A stretch of 64,000 nucleotides of DNA from an uncultured Pseudomonadales bacterium (GCA_964607285.1 CAZSJW010000003.1:6094-70093), one strand, 5' to 3'; positions 17,830 through 28,754 are shown, counted from the first letter of the stretch. Notes: generated by a model not told the origin, from the letters alone. Numbers and translations: made by a program.

Positions 17830-18264
17830 CTACTTGAATGGATTTCTCCGAGCACCATGGTATGTGAAGTTCTTAGGCTCTTCCTGTAAACGTGCAGCAA
17901 TCAGACGGCGTTGAATGGAATGTTTTACCCAAGACATGAAATCAGAATCAACTGAATACTTGTTCCCGTAATCACTCCTGACTTGATCAAGTGTAGGATC
18001 CAAGTCATAGAACGTCAAAATTAGTGTTTGCACTAACGGAGGATTGCGGAAAGTAACATCGTTCAACACCTCTTCGTCTGTCTTGCCAGAGAAGTCATCA
18101 TAAGCTGAACGATTCCAGTCGAACTGTCGTGGCCGATTTCGCACTCTCTCATTTCGTATGCGAGCTATAACAAAATCTACACATGCTCCAGCCCTTTCTT
18201 GCAGTACGGCACTGTATTTTTCCCGTGCGCTCACATCAATTGATGGACCTACTAGTTCATTCAT
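17830..18264 (-). CDS. Hypothetical protein (144 aa)
   Basis: ORF between ychF and rpsF; no recognisable motif. Confidence 0.35.
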   Translation of the reverse strand: MNELVGPSIDVSAREKYSAVLQERAGACVDFVIARIRNERVRNRPRQFDWNRSAYDDFSGKTDEEVLNDVTFRNPPLVQTLILTFYDLDPTLDQVRSDYGNKYSVDSDFMSWVKHSIQRRLIAARLQEEPKNFTYHGARRNPFK

Positions 18265-18296
18265 ACAACCATTCTACTATACAAGTCAGTGCCATA

Positions 18297-19376
18297 CTAT
18301 GAACCAATCATGAACTCTACAACATCGTTTGGTCGCATTACGTACTCTTTACCTTCAATCCGAAGTTTGCCTTTCTCACGTACCCCTTTCCAACCTCCCA
18401 GCGCAATAAAATCATCATAATCTGCCACGTTAGCTTTGATAAATTTTTTCGTAAAATCTGTATGAATTACCCCTGCAGCCTCTGGTGCCTTCATGCCAGC
18501 CTGTATTGTCCAGGCTCGCACTTCTAGTTCACCAGCGGTCAAGAAACTTTGTAGTCCAAGCAGCTGATACACTCGTGCTATAACTCGCTCCAACCCACTT
18601 TCAGCCAAACCAAGTTCGGATAAAAATAACTGCTGATCTTCATCAGACAAACTGCTCAACTCACTTTCAATCTTTGCACTGACAACTAACACATTCTCTG
18701 GCTTGGCAGCTAATTCTTTTGCGTATTCTGAAGCTAACTCAACATGTTTTGATACAACTGATTCATCAACGTTGACAGCGTATACCATTGTTTTTGCGGT
18801 CAGTAAACCGAGTTCTCGAGCAATCTGCAACTCGTCAGCTTGAGCAAACTCTCGAATAGGTTTGCCAGCACGTGCTGCTTCCTGCAAACGCTCCACCACA
18901 GCCCACCGTTTTAATAACTCGGGCTCTTTTGTAGCTTTCGGAGCTTTTTGCTTTTCCAAAGTTGCCAAATCAGCTAAAAGTAGCTCTGTCTCAATTGTTT
19001 CTGCATCTGAAACAGGATTGACACTCCCCTCACGAATAATGTCTGGATCGGTAAAACCTCTGACCACATGGCAGATCAAATCAGTTTCACGAATGTGTGC
19101 TAAAAACTGATTCCCTAACCCTTCACCTTCAGATGCACCCTTTACCAAACCAGCAATATCAACAAACTCAACGGTTGCAGGCTTGATGGTACTGGTATGG
19201 ACAACTTTTGCCAACGGCTCTAACCTTGCATCAGGGACAGGCACAATACCTGTGTTTGGATCTATAGTTGCGAAAGGATAGTTTGCGGCCAAAGCAGCTT
19301 GGCGTTTGAGTAACGCGTTAAACAAAGTTGATTTGCCCACATTTGGGAGTCCGACAATACCGACAGATAATGACAT
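18297..19376 (-). CDS. ychF: Ribosome-binding ATPase YchF (Obg-family GTPase)
   Basis: G1 GLPNVGKST, NxxE-type G4, C-terminal TGS domain. Confidence 0.85.
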   Translation of the reverse strand: MSLSVGIVGLPNVGKSTLFNALLKRQAALAANYPFATIDPNTGIVPVPDARLEPLAKVVHTSTIKPATVEFVDIAGLVKGASEGEGLGNQFLAHIRETDLICHVVRGFTDPDIIREGSVNPVSDAETIETELLLADLATLEKQKAPKATKEPELLKRWAVVERLQEAARAGKPIREFAQADELQIARELGLLTAKTMVYAVNVDESVVSKHVELASEYAKELAAKPENVLVVSAKIESELSSLSDEDQQLFLSELGLAESGLERVIARVYQLLGLQSFLTAGELEVRAWTIQAGMKAPEAAGVIHTDFTKKFIKANVADYDDFIALGGWKGVREKGKLRIEGKEYVMRPNDVVEFMIGS

Positions 19377-19405
19377 AGTGCTGCATTATACCTTGTCACA
19401 CCTCA

Positions 19406-22400
19406 TTACGAAGGGGTATTAAATAGTGCTCCCATCGAACCCTGGAACACGCTCATTCCGTATTGGAGGAAAAATGTATCAAAAGAAAAATCGGGTTGTA
19501 GCATAAGTGCAGTACCTTCAAAGGTCATTACCGCTTTCAAAATGCGCATGTAAGTAGGATTTACTTCCAACCCATGATTCCCGCACTCAAACAGAATTGA
19601 ACTAATCATAAGAGAAGTTCTCCCTGAAAACTCGGGAAGTAACTGCTCTAACTTGTGTTCTAACCCAATTCTGTCAAACCTTGCTTGAGATGCTGAGGTA
19701 TCCACCAGTATGTCTACAATATGTTTGGTAGACTTTGTTGTAATGGCTAGAATGAGAGGTACTAGACTATTTCTCTCTCGTTCTGCAGCATACCCAGTAC
19801 GACCAAAGTCCAGCAACTCTATCTCGCCTGTAAGAGGATTGACCCGTACATTTCCAGGGTGAAGGTCATCATGGAAAACACCATGAGAAATTATCTGCCT
19901 AATGAGTAATGATCCCAGTTTGACAACTACATCCTTTTTTAGTGTCGAATCAACTATCTCCCTAACGTTGACTCCTGAAGCAAATGACTGAACCAAGACA
20001 CTTTCACCTGAAAGCCCAGGGTGATAGCTCGGAATAGTGAAGCCTTGTGGTAAATCCTTTCGCATTGCTTCTGCATTCTCCCTCTCTTTGCGAAAATCTA
20101 ACTCTTCCTCCATTGATGTTTTAAACTCAGTAAACATGGCAATTGGATCATAGGTACCACCGAAACGGTCTTTATTGCGCTGCATCAGCCAACACACTTT
20201 TCCAATTCTATCCAGAGTACGTCTCACTACTTGCCGCTTGCTTGGAGTAATGACTTTCACCACCACTGCAGTCCCATCTAGTAAGGTTGCCGCGTAAACC
20301 TCACCAATAGTGCCAACTTTTAGGGCTGTTGTTTCAAATGATCCGAATACTTCTGTAAGTGGCTTGCCAAGCTGCAGTTCCACCGTTTTACGAACTTCCT
20401 CAAATGAGCTTGCTTCTACATCCTCTTGGAACTGCTCGAGCTCAACTCGGTAGTTTTCTGGGATCAGATCTCTTCTCGTACTAAGAAACTGCCCCACCTT
20501 CTCCATCCCCGTTACCTCGAAAAATCGCTGTACTGCTTTTTCTGGAGGCAGCGTCTGGTTTACTTCAAACTCATCCAGAATCGCCCTACGCTCACCATAC
20601 GGCAACAGCATAAAGTACTGCTTCATCATAAACTGCACAACTTCGGGCATTTTTTCAAATACGGCAGGAGTTTCAATGTTTCCCTCCTGAATTGCATCTA
20701 CTCGGCTGATGTATTCAAGCCGAGCTTGGTGAAGAGTATCGCTGATTTCCTGTTTTTTTTCAGTAGGTTGATCTATGTCACCATAGATACGAAGGAGTAA
20801 AATAGCATCAGATGTATCTGGACCCTTTAAAAAACGGATTAGTGAATGGTATTGGGTTGTTCCTAAATTGATTTCACCTGTAACTTCAGTGGTGAGCTGA
20901 GAATAAGTAATACCACCTTTGTTCCAAGGGACTTTTGATTCTTTTTTGAATCGACCTTCTTGTTTATTTCGCCAAAAAATATCTTCTACTTTCTGGAATT
21001 GTGCCTCAGTAAACACAAAATTTGGTAAGTACTTTTGTAATTCTTCTTCAAGATCTTCCACTGTGTAGCTATAAAATGAATAAGATGGAACATCCATATT
21101 CCAGTTACTTTTCACATACATTTCCTCGATGTTTTCCAAAAACTTTTCATATGAGCGATGTTCACCGTTGGAATCAAAATTGGTATCGTACGTTATCAAT
21201 AGATCAAGATCATTCGTCAACGATGGCAACCAAAAAGTTCCTTTGGTTATAAAAAAATCGCGCAACTCGAAAAACTGTTCCTTTGACCCTTTGTAATAAA
21301 TATGTAGACCGCTATCGGGATATCTGTGTACATTTTCGATTTGCCAAGGAACGACATCATGCGTTACTGCAAACTCGAATTTTTGAAAAAACTCACCTGC
21401 TCGATGAGGATTTTTTAGCAAAAATGCCACCATATGATCGTTTGGCAGTGTATCACTGCACAGTATCAACAATTTTTTCATCCATTCATAAAACTGCCGT
21501 TGTTCTGAATCACCTGAGGCACGCACACTAGTAGAGAAGTAATTGTCTACATAACTCGTCACTTTATCTGTTTTTGCCAAGTTTTCAAATACAACTTGTT
21601 GTACCAATGTTGGGACAGCAGTATTCCCAAGTAAATCTAAATAAAGCGGATACTTCATGGCCGCTTCTTCTGCTGAGCCAGCTTGTAAAAATACTCTCAG
21701 TAGTTGTTCAGCTTCTGCTGAAAATTGCGCTCCGCTTGAATACAGTAATTTTTCAAGCGCACCATGCAGCGCACCAATACTCTGCAAGTTCAGTAAATCC
21801 TGTTTAGTGAAGATAAACTCACTCGTTTTAGTGTTTCTGAATGCCACCATCTCCTGAGACGAGATTTCAGTTAAGACCTGCAGTAAATGGACCAAGCGTG
21901 TGGTAACAAGCTCTGGGTTCGAGAGCACTCTTGTCAGTTCTGATAAAACTGCATCCAGTGTCTCTTGCATGTCAAAATATCCAGCGCGTATCCGATTAAG
22001 ATCAAAAAACCCATCAACCACGATAGGACCTTGCAGCACAGTTTCAGCTGTCGCTGGCAAAAGTGCTGCTATGAATGAAAAATGTTGGCTATCATCTACA
22101 CAACTCTGCAAACAGTCAAAATTGCTATCATAGAGGAACTCAGGATAGTACTTTGTGAGGTAATCAAACATATTGCTCATCAGAGTAAAGTTTGAAGAGG
22201 TTATCAACTCATCTTGAATTGAGGCAAATATCTTTAGGATTTCAAGCTCCGTTTTTGCAAATCGGCGATCACTGGCAATCTCATTTGCCATTGTAAGCAA
22301 TGTCACAAAGCTACCCGAGAAGTATGTCCAATCTTTATTCTCAGGTGGAGTCATAGCTATCACCAATTCACTTAGGAGTTGATCTTTTTGAGCATCAGAA

Positions 22401-25400
22401 AGTGGTGAGTGCCGAATAGATTTATATAAATACTTTGTTCCATCAGTAAAGACTGAGGAATTCTCGCCACCACGCTCAAGTACAAGTTTAGCTGTTGCGA
22501 TTTTAAATAACTCATATCCAGTTTCAACCAAACCTTCGGCCTCACAAACTAAACGAGCTGTTTTAATTACTGATCTTGTGTCAAACCTACCTCGCCTTCC
22601 TTGTACATCAGCAAGAAAGCTACTGGTTACTTCATCAAGTATTTGATCAGAGACAGCGGTTTTATCTTGTTTTCTCAAGCTTAGCAACAGTTTTGTTTTT
22701 AAAACTGAATCAAAGTACTGTTGCCAGAACAATGCATTTTTTAAGTTACTCTGCAAATCGTCTTTATGCCGTGATCCATACTGCAGTTTCTGATCAGCAG
22801 TAAAGGTATCAATTTTCCTCTGTGCAGTATGAACCAGTCTTTCCACTTCCTTAGTAGCCCTTCGATACACTATAAGTGCATCTGGAATATTTCCAACCGC
22901 AACAAGCGCATCTAAAGCCTCCATCAGTACAATGGTTTTATACTCAGCATCACTATAATTATTGTTTGGCTCCAGCTCTAACGATTCAACGTTTCGCATT
23001 ATAGTTTCCTGCAATCTGACATCACCTGGATTTGCTAAAGGAATTGCAGTTGCTAATGCACCTATTTTGAACGGTAACTGTTCAAAATGTATGCGTCTGT
23101 AACTTGACCAAGGATATTTTTCATCATACAAGTGAGTTGTCGAGCTCTTAAAATAATGAGGGTTAAAAAATGGCTTCCTAGACTCAGCTAAATCAAGTAA
23201 TGTCTGAATACCTCTTTCATATGCTTTTTGATTATTTTTTTGTCGTAAATCAAACACTGCTTGTTTTTTTTGTTGTTCAAGTACAAGATGCAGGTCAGCA
23301 AAGCTTGTGGGCCTGCTATAGTCATACTCTTTCATCTGTCGTACTCTATCAGAATATCTTTCACTGTTCTCGATACACTCATATTTAGCAAGACTTTTAG
23401 CTGTCTGTAACGCACTTGATTTCCATTCCGCTACAAAATGTTCAACATCTGCATCTGAGATAGTATCAGGCATTTTCTCAGCTGCTAGCTCAAACATGCT
23501 GCACTTTTCAGGAATATTTTCCATGGTGTATAAAAGTTGCAGTCCCTTGCTAAAGTTTGGTGGATCATTAAAAAGATTAGTTAAAACAGAAACATATGGC
23601 TCACTAAAAACTTTGAAATACTCATACTCTTTGTTTTCACTAGAAACGTAGAGTAAAAAGGGAAATGGTCCTAGATTTTTGTCATAAGCAACTTTAAAGC
23701 CTTCTGCTAACACTGCAAGTTGCAATTCAGTAGCAATTTTTGCATACTCTGTTGCTTGTGAAAAAATACTTGATGCAAGTTCCTCATACCGTTTACTGAG
23801 CTCCTGATCTAAAGCGTGCACTGCACGAGAGAGTTTGCTGATTGATACTGCATCCAGAGGAGACACCCTAGTTAACTCAAGATATACTTCCAATTCCTCA
23901 CTTTGAGAGACTTTATTAATGACGTAATCAGCATTAGGTGCTAAAACGTACTCCTCATTTGCCCGTAACTGCACAACCAAAGCATACAGCTCACTTGTAC
24001 TTACTCTCTTTCCCTCCTGTTTACGATTGTCAAACAATTCTTCTACTTTTTTGCGACCTTCTATAGTAAACCTACCATTGTAAGCTTCAACATACCTACG
24101 AAGTAGTACTTTCTTAATTTTTGATTCATTTTGACTCAATTTTTTTTCAATCTCGGGAAGTAACTGCTTTGCCAAGTCAACCAATCCCACTTGAATCAAT
24201 TTCTCTGAAAGTTGCTGCAAATCACCAATACTTGCGCCTCTCACACCATGTCGTTCAATATAGTACTTTATTACGGTAATCCCTTGCTCCGAATATCCCG
24301 CTCGCATCATCGATGCACCCACATCAAACAACTTTTTTGAATAATCTTCATATCTGCTTTTAGTTTTTGCAACTTCTAACACATCCGCAACTAACTCCTT
24401 ATATAGTTTAGCCGCTGCTGCACCAAAGCTTTTCTCGGCAAACAACAATCGTTCAGAAAAATATGACCCACTGCTTGCATCTCTTTTTCTACCAGCATGC
24501 AGTCGTTTTGCAAACTCGCCTGTTAGTCTAATTTTCAATCGTGTTGCTTCTTTATCAGCAACAATTCTTTCTCGAAGCTTGTTTGTCGGCTCGGGCCTAT
24601 TCTCAAATGTTAGTGCCAACAACGACTCCTTGCTAATTTCGACTGTCTTCTCAGCAGTCCCACCTGCTGTATCTTCTTCTTCAATTTCATCTTCATCCAC
24701 ATCCCGCGGTGAGTTCTTCCTTTGCAAGTTCTGGAGAATCTGTGAAAGATACTCCTGTGCTAAACCTACAATCTTGCCTTGAAAAACAGGATCAGATACT
24801 GATTTGAGCAACTTACCAGTATCTAGTTTTATCTGAATTCCACCATTGTCAGTGACGCTCAACCCAATTTCAGGAATACTAATGAGTTCTTTGTTGCGCA
24901 ACTGCCTGACTATATTGCCTGACTGCTGTTTGTAGTACTGATCGTGAAAGGGCGAGATGACTGGCATCTGCTCAACCAATCCCTCAAATCCCCCACTTTC
25001 ATATGCAGCTGCAACTTGTGGCAGGTACTCATCAGAGCCTAAACTTATTTCAACTCCAAACTTAGCCAACTCTTTGCTCAGTTGCAATTCTGCTAAATAT
25101 GAATGCGCCTCATCTCTCATCAATTGTGCATGTAAATTTTTCTCAAGTTGGCTATCTGTGGCATCTAAATCCATCAACAGTTTGCTGTCTTGCACTGGAA
25201 GAGCGTGTTTTATTTCATGAATTAGCATTCTTGGAGAAACCCTGGTGCCACGCTCGATAGATATTTGTGTTGCATACGTCGAAGACCGATTTGCAAATTG
25301 CGCAGCTGACCGCATTGCAGCACTTGCATCACCAATCACTATGGGAACGTGTGCCAGTACATCCTCTATCATTGGCGCACAGTAATCTGGAGATACAACA

Positions 25401-25582
25401 GACAGCAATTCAAGCACTCTTGTGATATCTTCGGGTGTGAGAATGGGGTTGGTCAGTTGCTCTGCAAGAGCTCTCGCTAGTTTTTCAGCCTCTTCTTTTG
25501 ATAACTCAGTACCATTCTGTATCTCTGAAATTGTAGAAAGTACATCTATTTCATGCATAGTGAACAAGAACATTCCATGCAT
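19406..25582 (-). CDS. Giant multi-domain protein (2058 aa) with C-terminal ABC1/UbiB-type atypical kinase domain
   Basis: C-terminal ~450 aa: ALKVGTIGEVYAATLLDGTAVVVKV (ATP-binding Lys) and HDDLHPGNVRV...LLDFG (catalytic and DFG-like) typical of ABC1/AarF/UbiB kinases; N-terminal ~1600 aa largely alpha-helical with an HEIKH (HExxH) motif near residue 120. Confidence 0.6.
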   Translation of the reverse strand: MHGMFLFTMHEIDVLSTISEIQNGTELSKEEAEKLARALAEQLTNPILTPEDITRVLELLSVVSPDYCAPMIEDVLAHVPIVIGDASAAMRSAAQFANRSSTYATQISIERGTRVSPRMLIHEIKHALPVQDSKLLMDLDATDSQLEKNLHAQLMRDEAHSYLAELQLSKELAKFGVEISLGSDEYLPQVAAAYESGGFEGLVEQMPVISPFHDQYYKQQSGNIVRQLRNKELISIPEIGLSVTDNGGIQIKLDTGKLLKSVSDPVFQGKIVGLAQEYLSQILQNLQRKNSPRDVDEDEIEEEDTAGGTAEKTVEISKESLLALTFENRPEPTNKLRERIVADKEATRLKIRLTGEFAKRLHAGRKRDASSGSYFSERLLFAEKSFGAAAAKLYKELVADVLEVAKTKSRYEDYSKKLFDVGASMMRAGYSEQGITVIKYYIERHGVRGASIGDLQQLSEKLIQVGLVDLAKQLLPEIEKKLSQNESKIKKVLLRRYVEAYNGRFTIEGRKKVEELFDNRKQEGKRVSTSELYALVVQLRANEEYVLAPNADYVINKVSQSEELEVYLELTRVSPLDAVSISKLSRAVHALDQELSKRYEELASSIFSQATEYAKIATELQLAVLAEGFKVAYDKNLGPFPFLLYVSSENKEYEYFKVFSEPYVSVLTNLFNDPPNFSKGLQLLYTMENIPEKCSMFELAAEKMPDTISDADVEHFVAEWKSSALQTAKSLAKYECIENSERYSDRVRQMKEYDYSRPTSFADLHLVLEQQKKQAVFDLRQKNNQKAYERGIQTLLDLAESRKPFFNPHYFKSSTTHLYDEKYPWSSYRRIHFEQLPFKIGALATAIPLANPGDVRLQETIMRNVESLELEPNNNYSDAEYKTIVLMEALDALVAVGNIPDALIVYRRATKEVERLVHTAQRKIDTFTADQKLQYGSRHKDDLQSNLKNALFWQQYFDSVLKTKLLLSLRKQDKTAVSDQILDEVTSSFLADVQGRRGRFDTRSVIKTARLVCEAEGLVETGYELFKIATAKLVLERGGENSSVFTDGTKYLYKSIRHSPLSDAQKDQLLSELVIAMTPPENKDWTYFSGSFVTLLTMANEIASDRRFAKTELEILKIFASIQDELITSSNFTLMSNMFDYLTKYYPEFLYDSNFDCLQSCVDDSQHFSFIAALLPATAETVLQGPIVVDGFFDLNRIRAGYFDMQETLDAVLSELTRVLSNPELVTTRLVHLLQVLTEISSQEMVAFRNTKTSEFIFTKQDLLNLQSIGALHGALEKLLYSSGAQFSAEAEQLLRVFLQAGSAEEAAMKYPLYLDLLGNTAVPTLVQQVVFENLAKTDKVTSYVDNYFSTSVRASGDSEQRQFYEWMKKLLILCSDTLPNDHMVAFLLKNPHRAGEFFQKFEFAVTHDVVPWQIENVHRYPDSGLHIYYKGSKEQFFELRDFFITKGTFWLPSLTNDLDLLITYDTNFDSNGEHRSYEKFLENIEEMYVKSNWNMDVPSYSFYSYTVEDLEEELQKYLPNFVFTEAQFQKVEDIFWRNKQEGRFKKESKVPWNKGGITYSQLTTEVTGEINLGTTQYHSLIRFLKGPDTSDAILLLRIYGDIDQPTEKKQEISDTLHQARLEYISRVDAIQEGNIETPAVFEKMPEVVQFMMKQYFMLLPYGERRAILDEFEVNQTLPPEKAVQRFFEVTGMEKVGQFLSTRRDLIPENYRVELEQFQEDVEASSFEEVRKTVELQLGKPLTEVFGSFETTALKVGTIGEVYAATLLDGTAVVVKVITPSKRQVVRRTLDRIGKVCWLMQRNKDRFGGTYDPIAMFTEFKTSMEEELDFRKERENAEAMRKDLPQGFTIPSYHPGLSGESVLVQSFASGVNVREIVDSTLKKDVVVKLGSLLIRQIISHGVFHDDLHPGNVRVNPLTGEIELLDFGRTGYAAERERNSLVPLILAITTKSTKHIVDILVDTSASQARFDRIGLEHKLEQLLPEFSGRTSLMISSILFECGNHGLEVNPTYMRILKAVMTFEGTALMLQPDFSFDTFFLQYGMSVFQGSMGALFNTPS

Positions 25583-25652
25583 TTATTTAATCAGAAAAAT
25601 CAAAGAATAGAAACGATGTAAAATGTTGAGACAATAGTCAACATGCACACAG

Positions 25653-26717
25653 CTACTCACCTTTTACCTGAGAGTCGAAAAACTCAATAGATCTGCGCAT
25701 AGCAGCACTGAAATTTTCAGTCAAATTGTGATCATCTCCTGGATACACATGCAGATCTACTATCTTTCCTTGGGTTTCCATTTGCTCAGCTAGTGTCTCT
25801 GAAAACTCCACAGGAACTGAAGTGTCTGCTGTACCATGATGTAGCTGGACTGGACCAGAAATTTCATCAATAAAACTATTAGCAGAAAGTGAGTTCCAAA
25901 AATCTGGATTCTCTTCTGGCTCACCATATTCTTCAATCAATTGAGCTCGCCAACGACCCCGTTGCGAACCCAACATCGGCGTGGGTGGCGGAGCGTTTCC
26001 CCTACGCCAGTTTCGAAGTAAATCTGGGTATGACCCAACGACACCAGCCCAAATTACTCCAGCTTTGATCGATGGATCCACAACCATTGCCCGCATTGTT
26101 ATGTGTCCACCCATTGAGTGCCCCCACATACCAATCCGTTGCGCATCTGCATCAGGATGTCTTTTTACTGAAGCCAAAGCGTTCAGTACATCCACAGTAT
26201 ATGCATTTGATCCATATCCGCCGACTGCCTCGCCCTCAGACTGATCATGCCCACGATAGTCTGGTCGAATTAGCATGTATCCATTTCGTGAAAACCCATC
26301 CGTGTACGCAATATACCGCTCTGTAGTTCTGTACTCAGAGGGAGCTATGTACCCATGATTAAATATAATGACAGGCCAACCAGTCTGCGGCCTCTCTCCA
26401 TTTGGTATTGTTAGAAGAGCGTACTGTTTCAGACCTTCTGAGAGATATGAAACACGGTATCGTTGATAGTTTGTTCCTGGTGAGAGTGTTTCTTCAATTA
26501 CTAAATCACTGCCAATATACTCAACTGATTTGAGTGCGGTGATTGACAATGGATGTGGTGCTACAGGCGGCAGAAGTGCATCAATGGTTTTCTCACCACT
26601 AACTGCTGTAAATAATGATCCTGAATCTGTATCTACCCAGGTTACATTGTTCAGTATTACGAAAACTCCAACTAACGCACAAACACAAATCACAGTAAAA
26701 AGCAAAAGTTTCGACAT
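25653..26717 (-). CDS. S9-family alpha/beta-hydrolase peptidase (membrane-anchored)
   Basis: GxSxG nucleophile elbow GHSMGGH, catalytic D/H context, N-terminal TM. Confidence 0.6.
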   Translation of the reverse strand: MSKLLLFTVICVCALVGVFVILNNVTWVDTDSGSLFTAVSGEKTIDALLPPVAPHPLSITALKSVEYIGSDLVIEETLSPGTNYQRYRVSYLSEGLKQYALLTIPNGERPQTGWPVIIFNHGYIAPSEYRTTERYIAYTDGFSRNGYMLIRPDYRGHDQSEGEAVGGYGSNAYTVDVLNALASVKRHPDADAQRIGMWGHSMGGHITMRAMVVDPSIKAGVIWAGVVGSYPDLLRNWRRGNAPPPTPMLGSQRGRWRAQLIEEYGEPEENPDFWNSLSANSFIDEISGPVQLHHGTADTSVPVEFSETLAEQMETQGKIVDLHVYPGDDHNLTENFSAAMRRSIEFFDSQVKGE

Positions 26718-26765
26718 CTACTACATAGTATAGTAGTTCGCCGTAATCCGCACAATTAAAAAAAA

Positions 26766-27434
26766 CTAGAGCTGTTTCTCATCCCGCAGCCAACGCACGC
26801 CCAGGTACACCAGAGGTGTCTCAAGTACTGACATACTACACTTCAGTAACCAATAGGGAATTATTAAACTCAATAAAAATATCCAGTTTGCCTCAAGAGA
26901 TTTATCAAATGAGTAGAACGCTAACGTGATGAATACAGTTGTATCTACGAACTGAGAAATAAAGTTTGAAACGTTGTTCCGCAACCACAATCGTTTTTTG
27001 CCCAACACCTCCCGTAGCTTTGCAAATATATACACATCAAGAAACTCCGCTAACGCAAAAGCTATCAAACTAGCGGCAGAGATCCGAGCTGACTGGTGAA
27101 AAATTGTATCGTACGCACTCTCAGTGGGCGCAAATCGAGCCGATGGAGGCAGTTGTGTGGCGAGCAAAGTGAACACAAGCAGTAGCGCTACCATGAATAA
27201 ACCAGAACGCACCACACTTCTTGCCCGCTCCTTACCATAAACCTCAATAATCACGTCATTGACCGTAAAAAGAATTGGTATCAAAAAAATTGAGACACTT
27301 GCATTCAGCTGATACCCAAAAATATTTGCTAACGGAAATGTCTTGCCACCCATCGTCTCTGCCACCACAATACAAAACGTATAGAGTGAAACCAAGAGGT
27401 CAAATTTCTTGATAGTCATCAGTGCTCGAATCAT
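26766..27434 (-). CDS. YhhQ/DUF165-family queuosine-precursor transporter-like membrane protein
   Basis: 6-TM protein with conserved FxxNDxI and NxxSxxVDTxxF-like motifs. Confidence 0.45.
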   Translation of the reverse strand: MIRALMTIKKFDLLVSLYTFCIVVAETMGGKTFPLANIFGYQLNASVSIFLIPILFTVNDVIIEVYGKERARSVVRSGLFMVALLLVFTLLATQLPPSARFAPTESAYDTIFHQSARISAASLIAFALAEFLDVYIFAKLREVLGKKRLWLRNNVSNFISQFVDTTVFITLAFYSFDKSLEANWIFLLSLIIPYWLLKCSMSVLETPLVYLGVRWLRDEKQL

Positions 27435-27458
27435 GGCGCGATTGTACCATCAACATTC

Positions 27459-28739
27459 TTATTTTCGCATCAGTACAATTCCAAAGGGAGTGTTTCTTCC
27501 TGGCCCAGCTACATATCTTCCTGCTGAATAGAGTGCTGTTGAACCACCACTATCTAAATTAATTCCATGCTGTAATCCTATTTTTTTGAGTACCCAAGCA
27601 ACCTCAGCGACAGTCGCACTACGCACGACACCAATGTAGACTGTACTCCCTTGTGCCCCAATGAAACTTCGAGACCCTCTACTTCCCTTTTTTGGATCTC
27701 CATCACCACCAAATCGAATATCACCATTTTGTAATAACAAGGGTTGAGCAGCGATGACAGCGTCTACACCAGTATCTCTCCCCCACTCTTGACTAGCACC
27801 TACAAAGCGTGCTGAGTTACCACTGAAAATCACTGCAGGAACTGCGCTATAAACGTTGTTAGCCGAGTTAAAGTATGTCTTCTGCTTATTCATGAGCAAG
27901 GTATCAAATGAGTTGGTTTTGCCCTCACAACTAGGATACTCTGCAGGACAAAAATAAGGACCATTTATACCTGCAAAACCGCCAGCTTTTGCAACAAAGT
28001 TTGCCAATGAATCAACTGGACAACCATTACCGCAATCACTATTACTAGCAGTTTCCACTACCACACGAGTACTGTTTAAGTCAGCAGCTATGATATCTAC
28101 TACAAAAGACCCAACATCAGTTTCTACCGTTTGCCTGCGATAGCCACTGTTTGGAGCAGCATTATTAACTGGTGCAGTCAAACCTGGATTTGAGCCCGCT
28201 GCGGTAAGCTCTGCCAGTCGGGTATCAACAGCTTTTTTTAGGTTTGAAGATGCTCCGATTGCCAGCTGGTACTCACGCTTAGAAAGTGCGGTTAAAATTG
28301 CGCTATAGCTGGACTCAAAAGTTTGCACTTTGCTGTCGTCTTCGGAAAGCTTTAAGAGTGCTTCATATACTATGACACTCTGTTTGTATGCATCTTCCAA
28401 ACTCTTTATTTCCGCTTGTAAATCTTCGTTGCGCTTAAACTGATCCTCAGCTCGCAACGCAGCGAGTTCACCACTTATTGAAGACAACTGGGTAGTTAAC
28501 TCTGCTCGTTCATTAGTAAATACCTGTTCTGTCTGCTGATGAGTAATAGCATACTTATCCCTCAATGCTCTATAGCCACTGTATGCTGCCACCCAATATG
28601 CAATCGCACCAATTAGTGTTGGCACAAGTATCCCCAATACAACTATAGAGAAGACAGTACGTAATTGGAGATACAGAGTTTGAATACTGCGCATGGTGCT
28701 ATACAAATCAGGCTCTGATACCACAGAGCCTGAATACAA
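27459..28739 (-). CDS. Membrane-anchored phosphodiester-glycosidase-family (DUF2233-like) protein
   Basis: N-terminal TM, coiled-coil, C-terminal INLDSGGSTAL motif characteristic of DUF2233. Confidence 0.45.
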   Translation of the reverse strand: MYSGSVVSEPDLYSTMRSIQTLYLQLRTVFSIVVLGILVPTLIGAIAYWVAAYSGYRALRDKYAITHQQTEQVFTNERAELTTQLSSISGELAALRAEDQFKRNEDLQAEIKSLEDAYKQSVIVYEALLKLSEDDSKVQTFESSYSAILTALSKREYQLAIGASSNLKKAVDTRLAELTAAGSNPGLTAPVNNAAPNSGYRRQTVETDVGSFVVDIIAADLNSTRVVVETASNSDCGNGCPVDSLANFVAKAGGFAGINGPYFCPAEYPSCEGKTNSFDTLLMNKQKTYFNSANNVYSAVPAVIFSGNSARFVGASQEWGRDTGVDAVIAAQPLLLQNGDIRFGGDGDPKKGSRGSRSFIGAQGSTVYIGVVRSATVAEVAWVLKKIGLQHGINLDSGGSTALYSAGRYVAGPGRNTPFGIVLMRK

Positions 28740-28754
28740 GTATATTGTGTAGGT

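Noticed and set aside
17830-18264. Peptidyl-tRNA hydrolase (pth), which often precedes ychF
   Set aside because: The 144-aa protein lacks the Pth N-terminal GLGNPG..H motif, so it is left as hypothetical.
20426-25220. Many 60-124-aa plus-strand ORFs inside the giant gene
   Set aside because: All are embedded antisense within a single continuous 6.2-kb minus-strand ORF that has a recognisable kinase domain.
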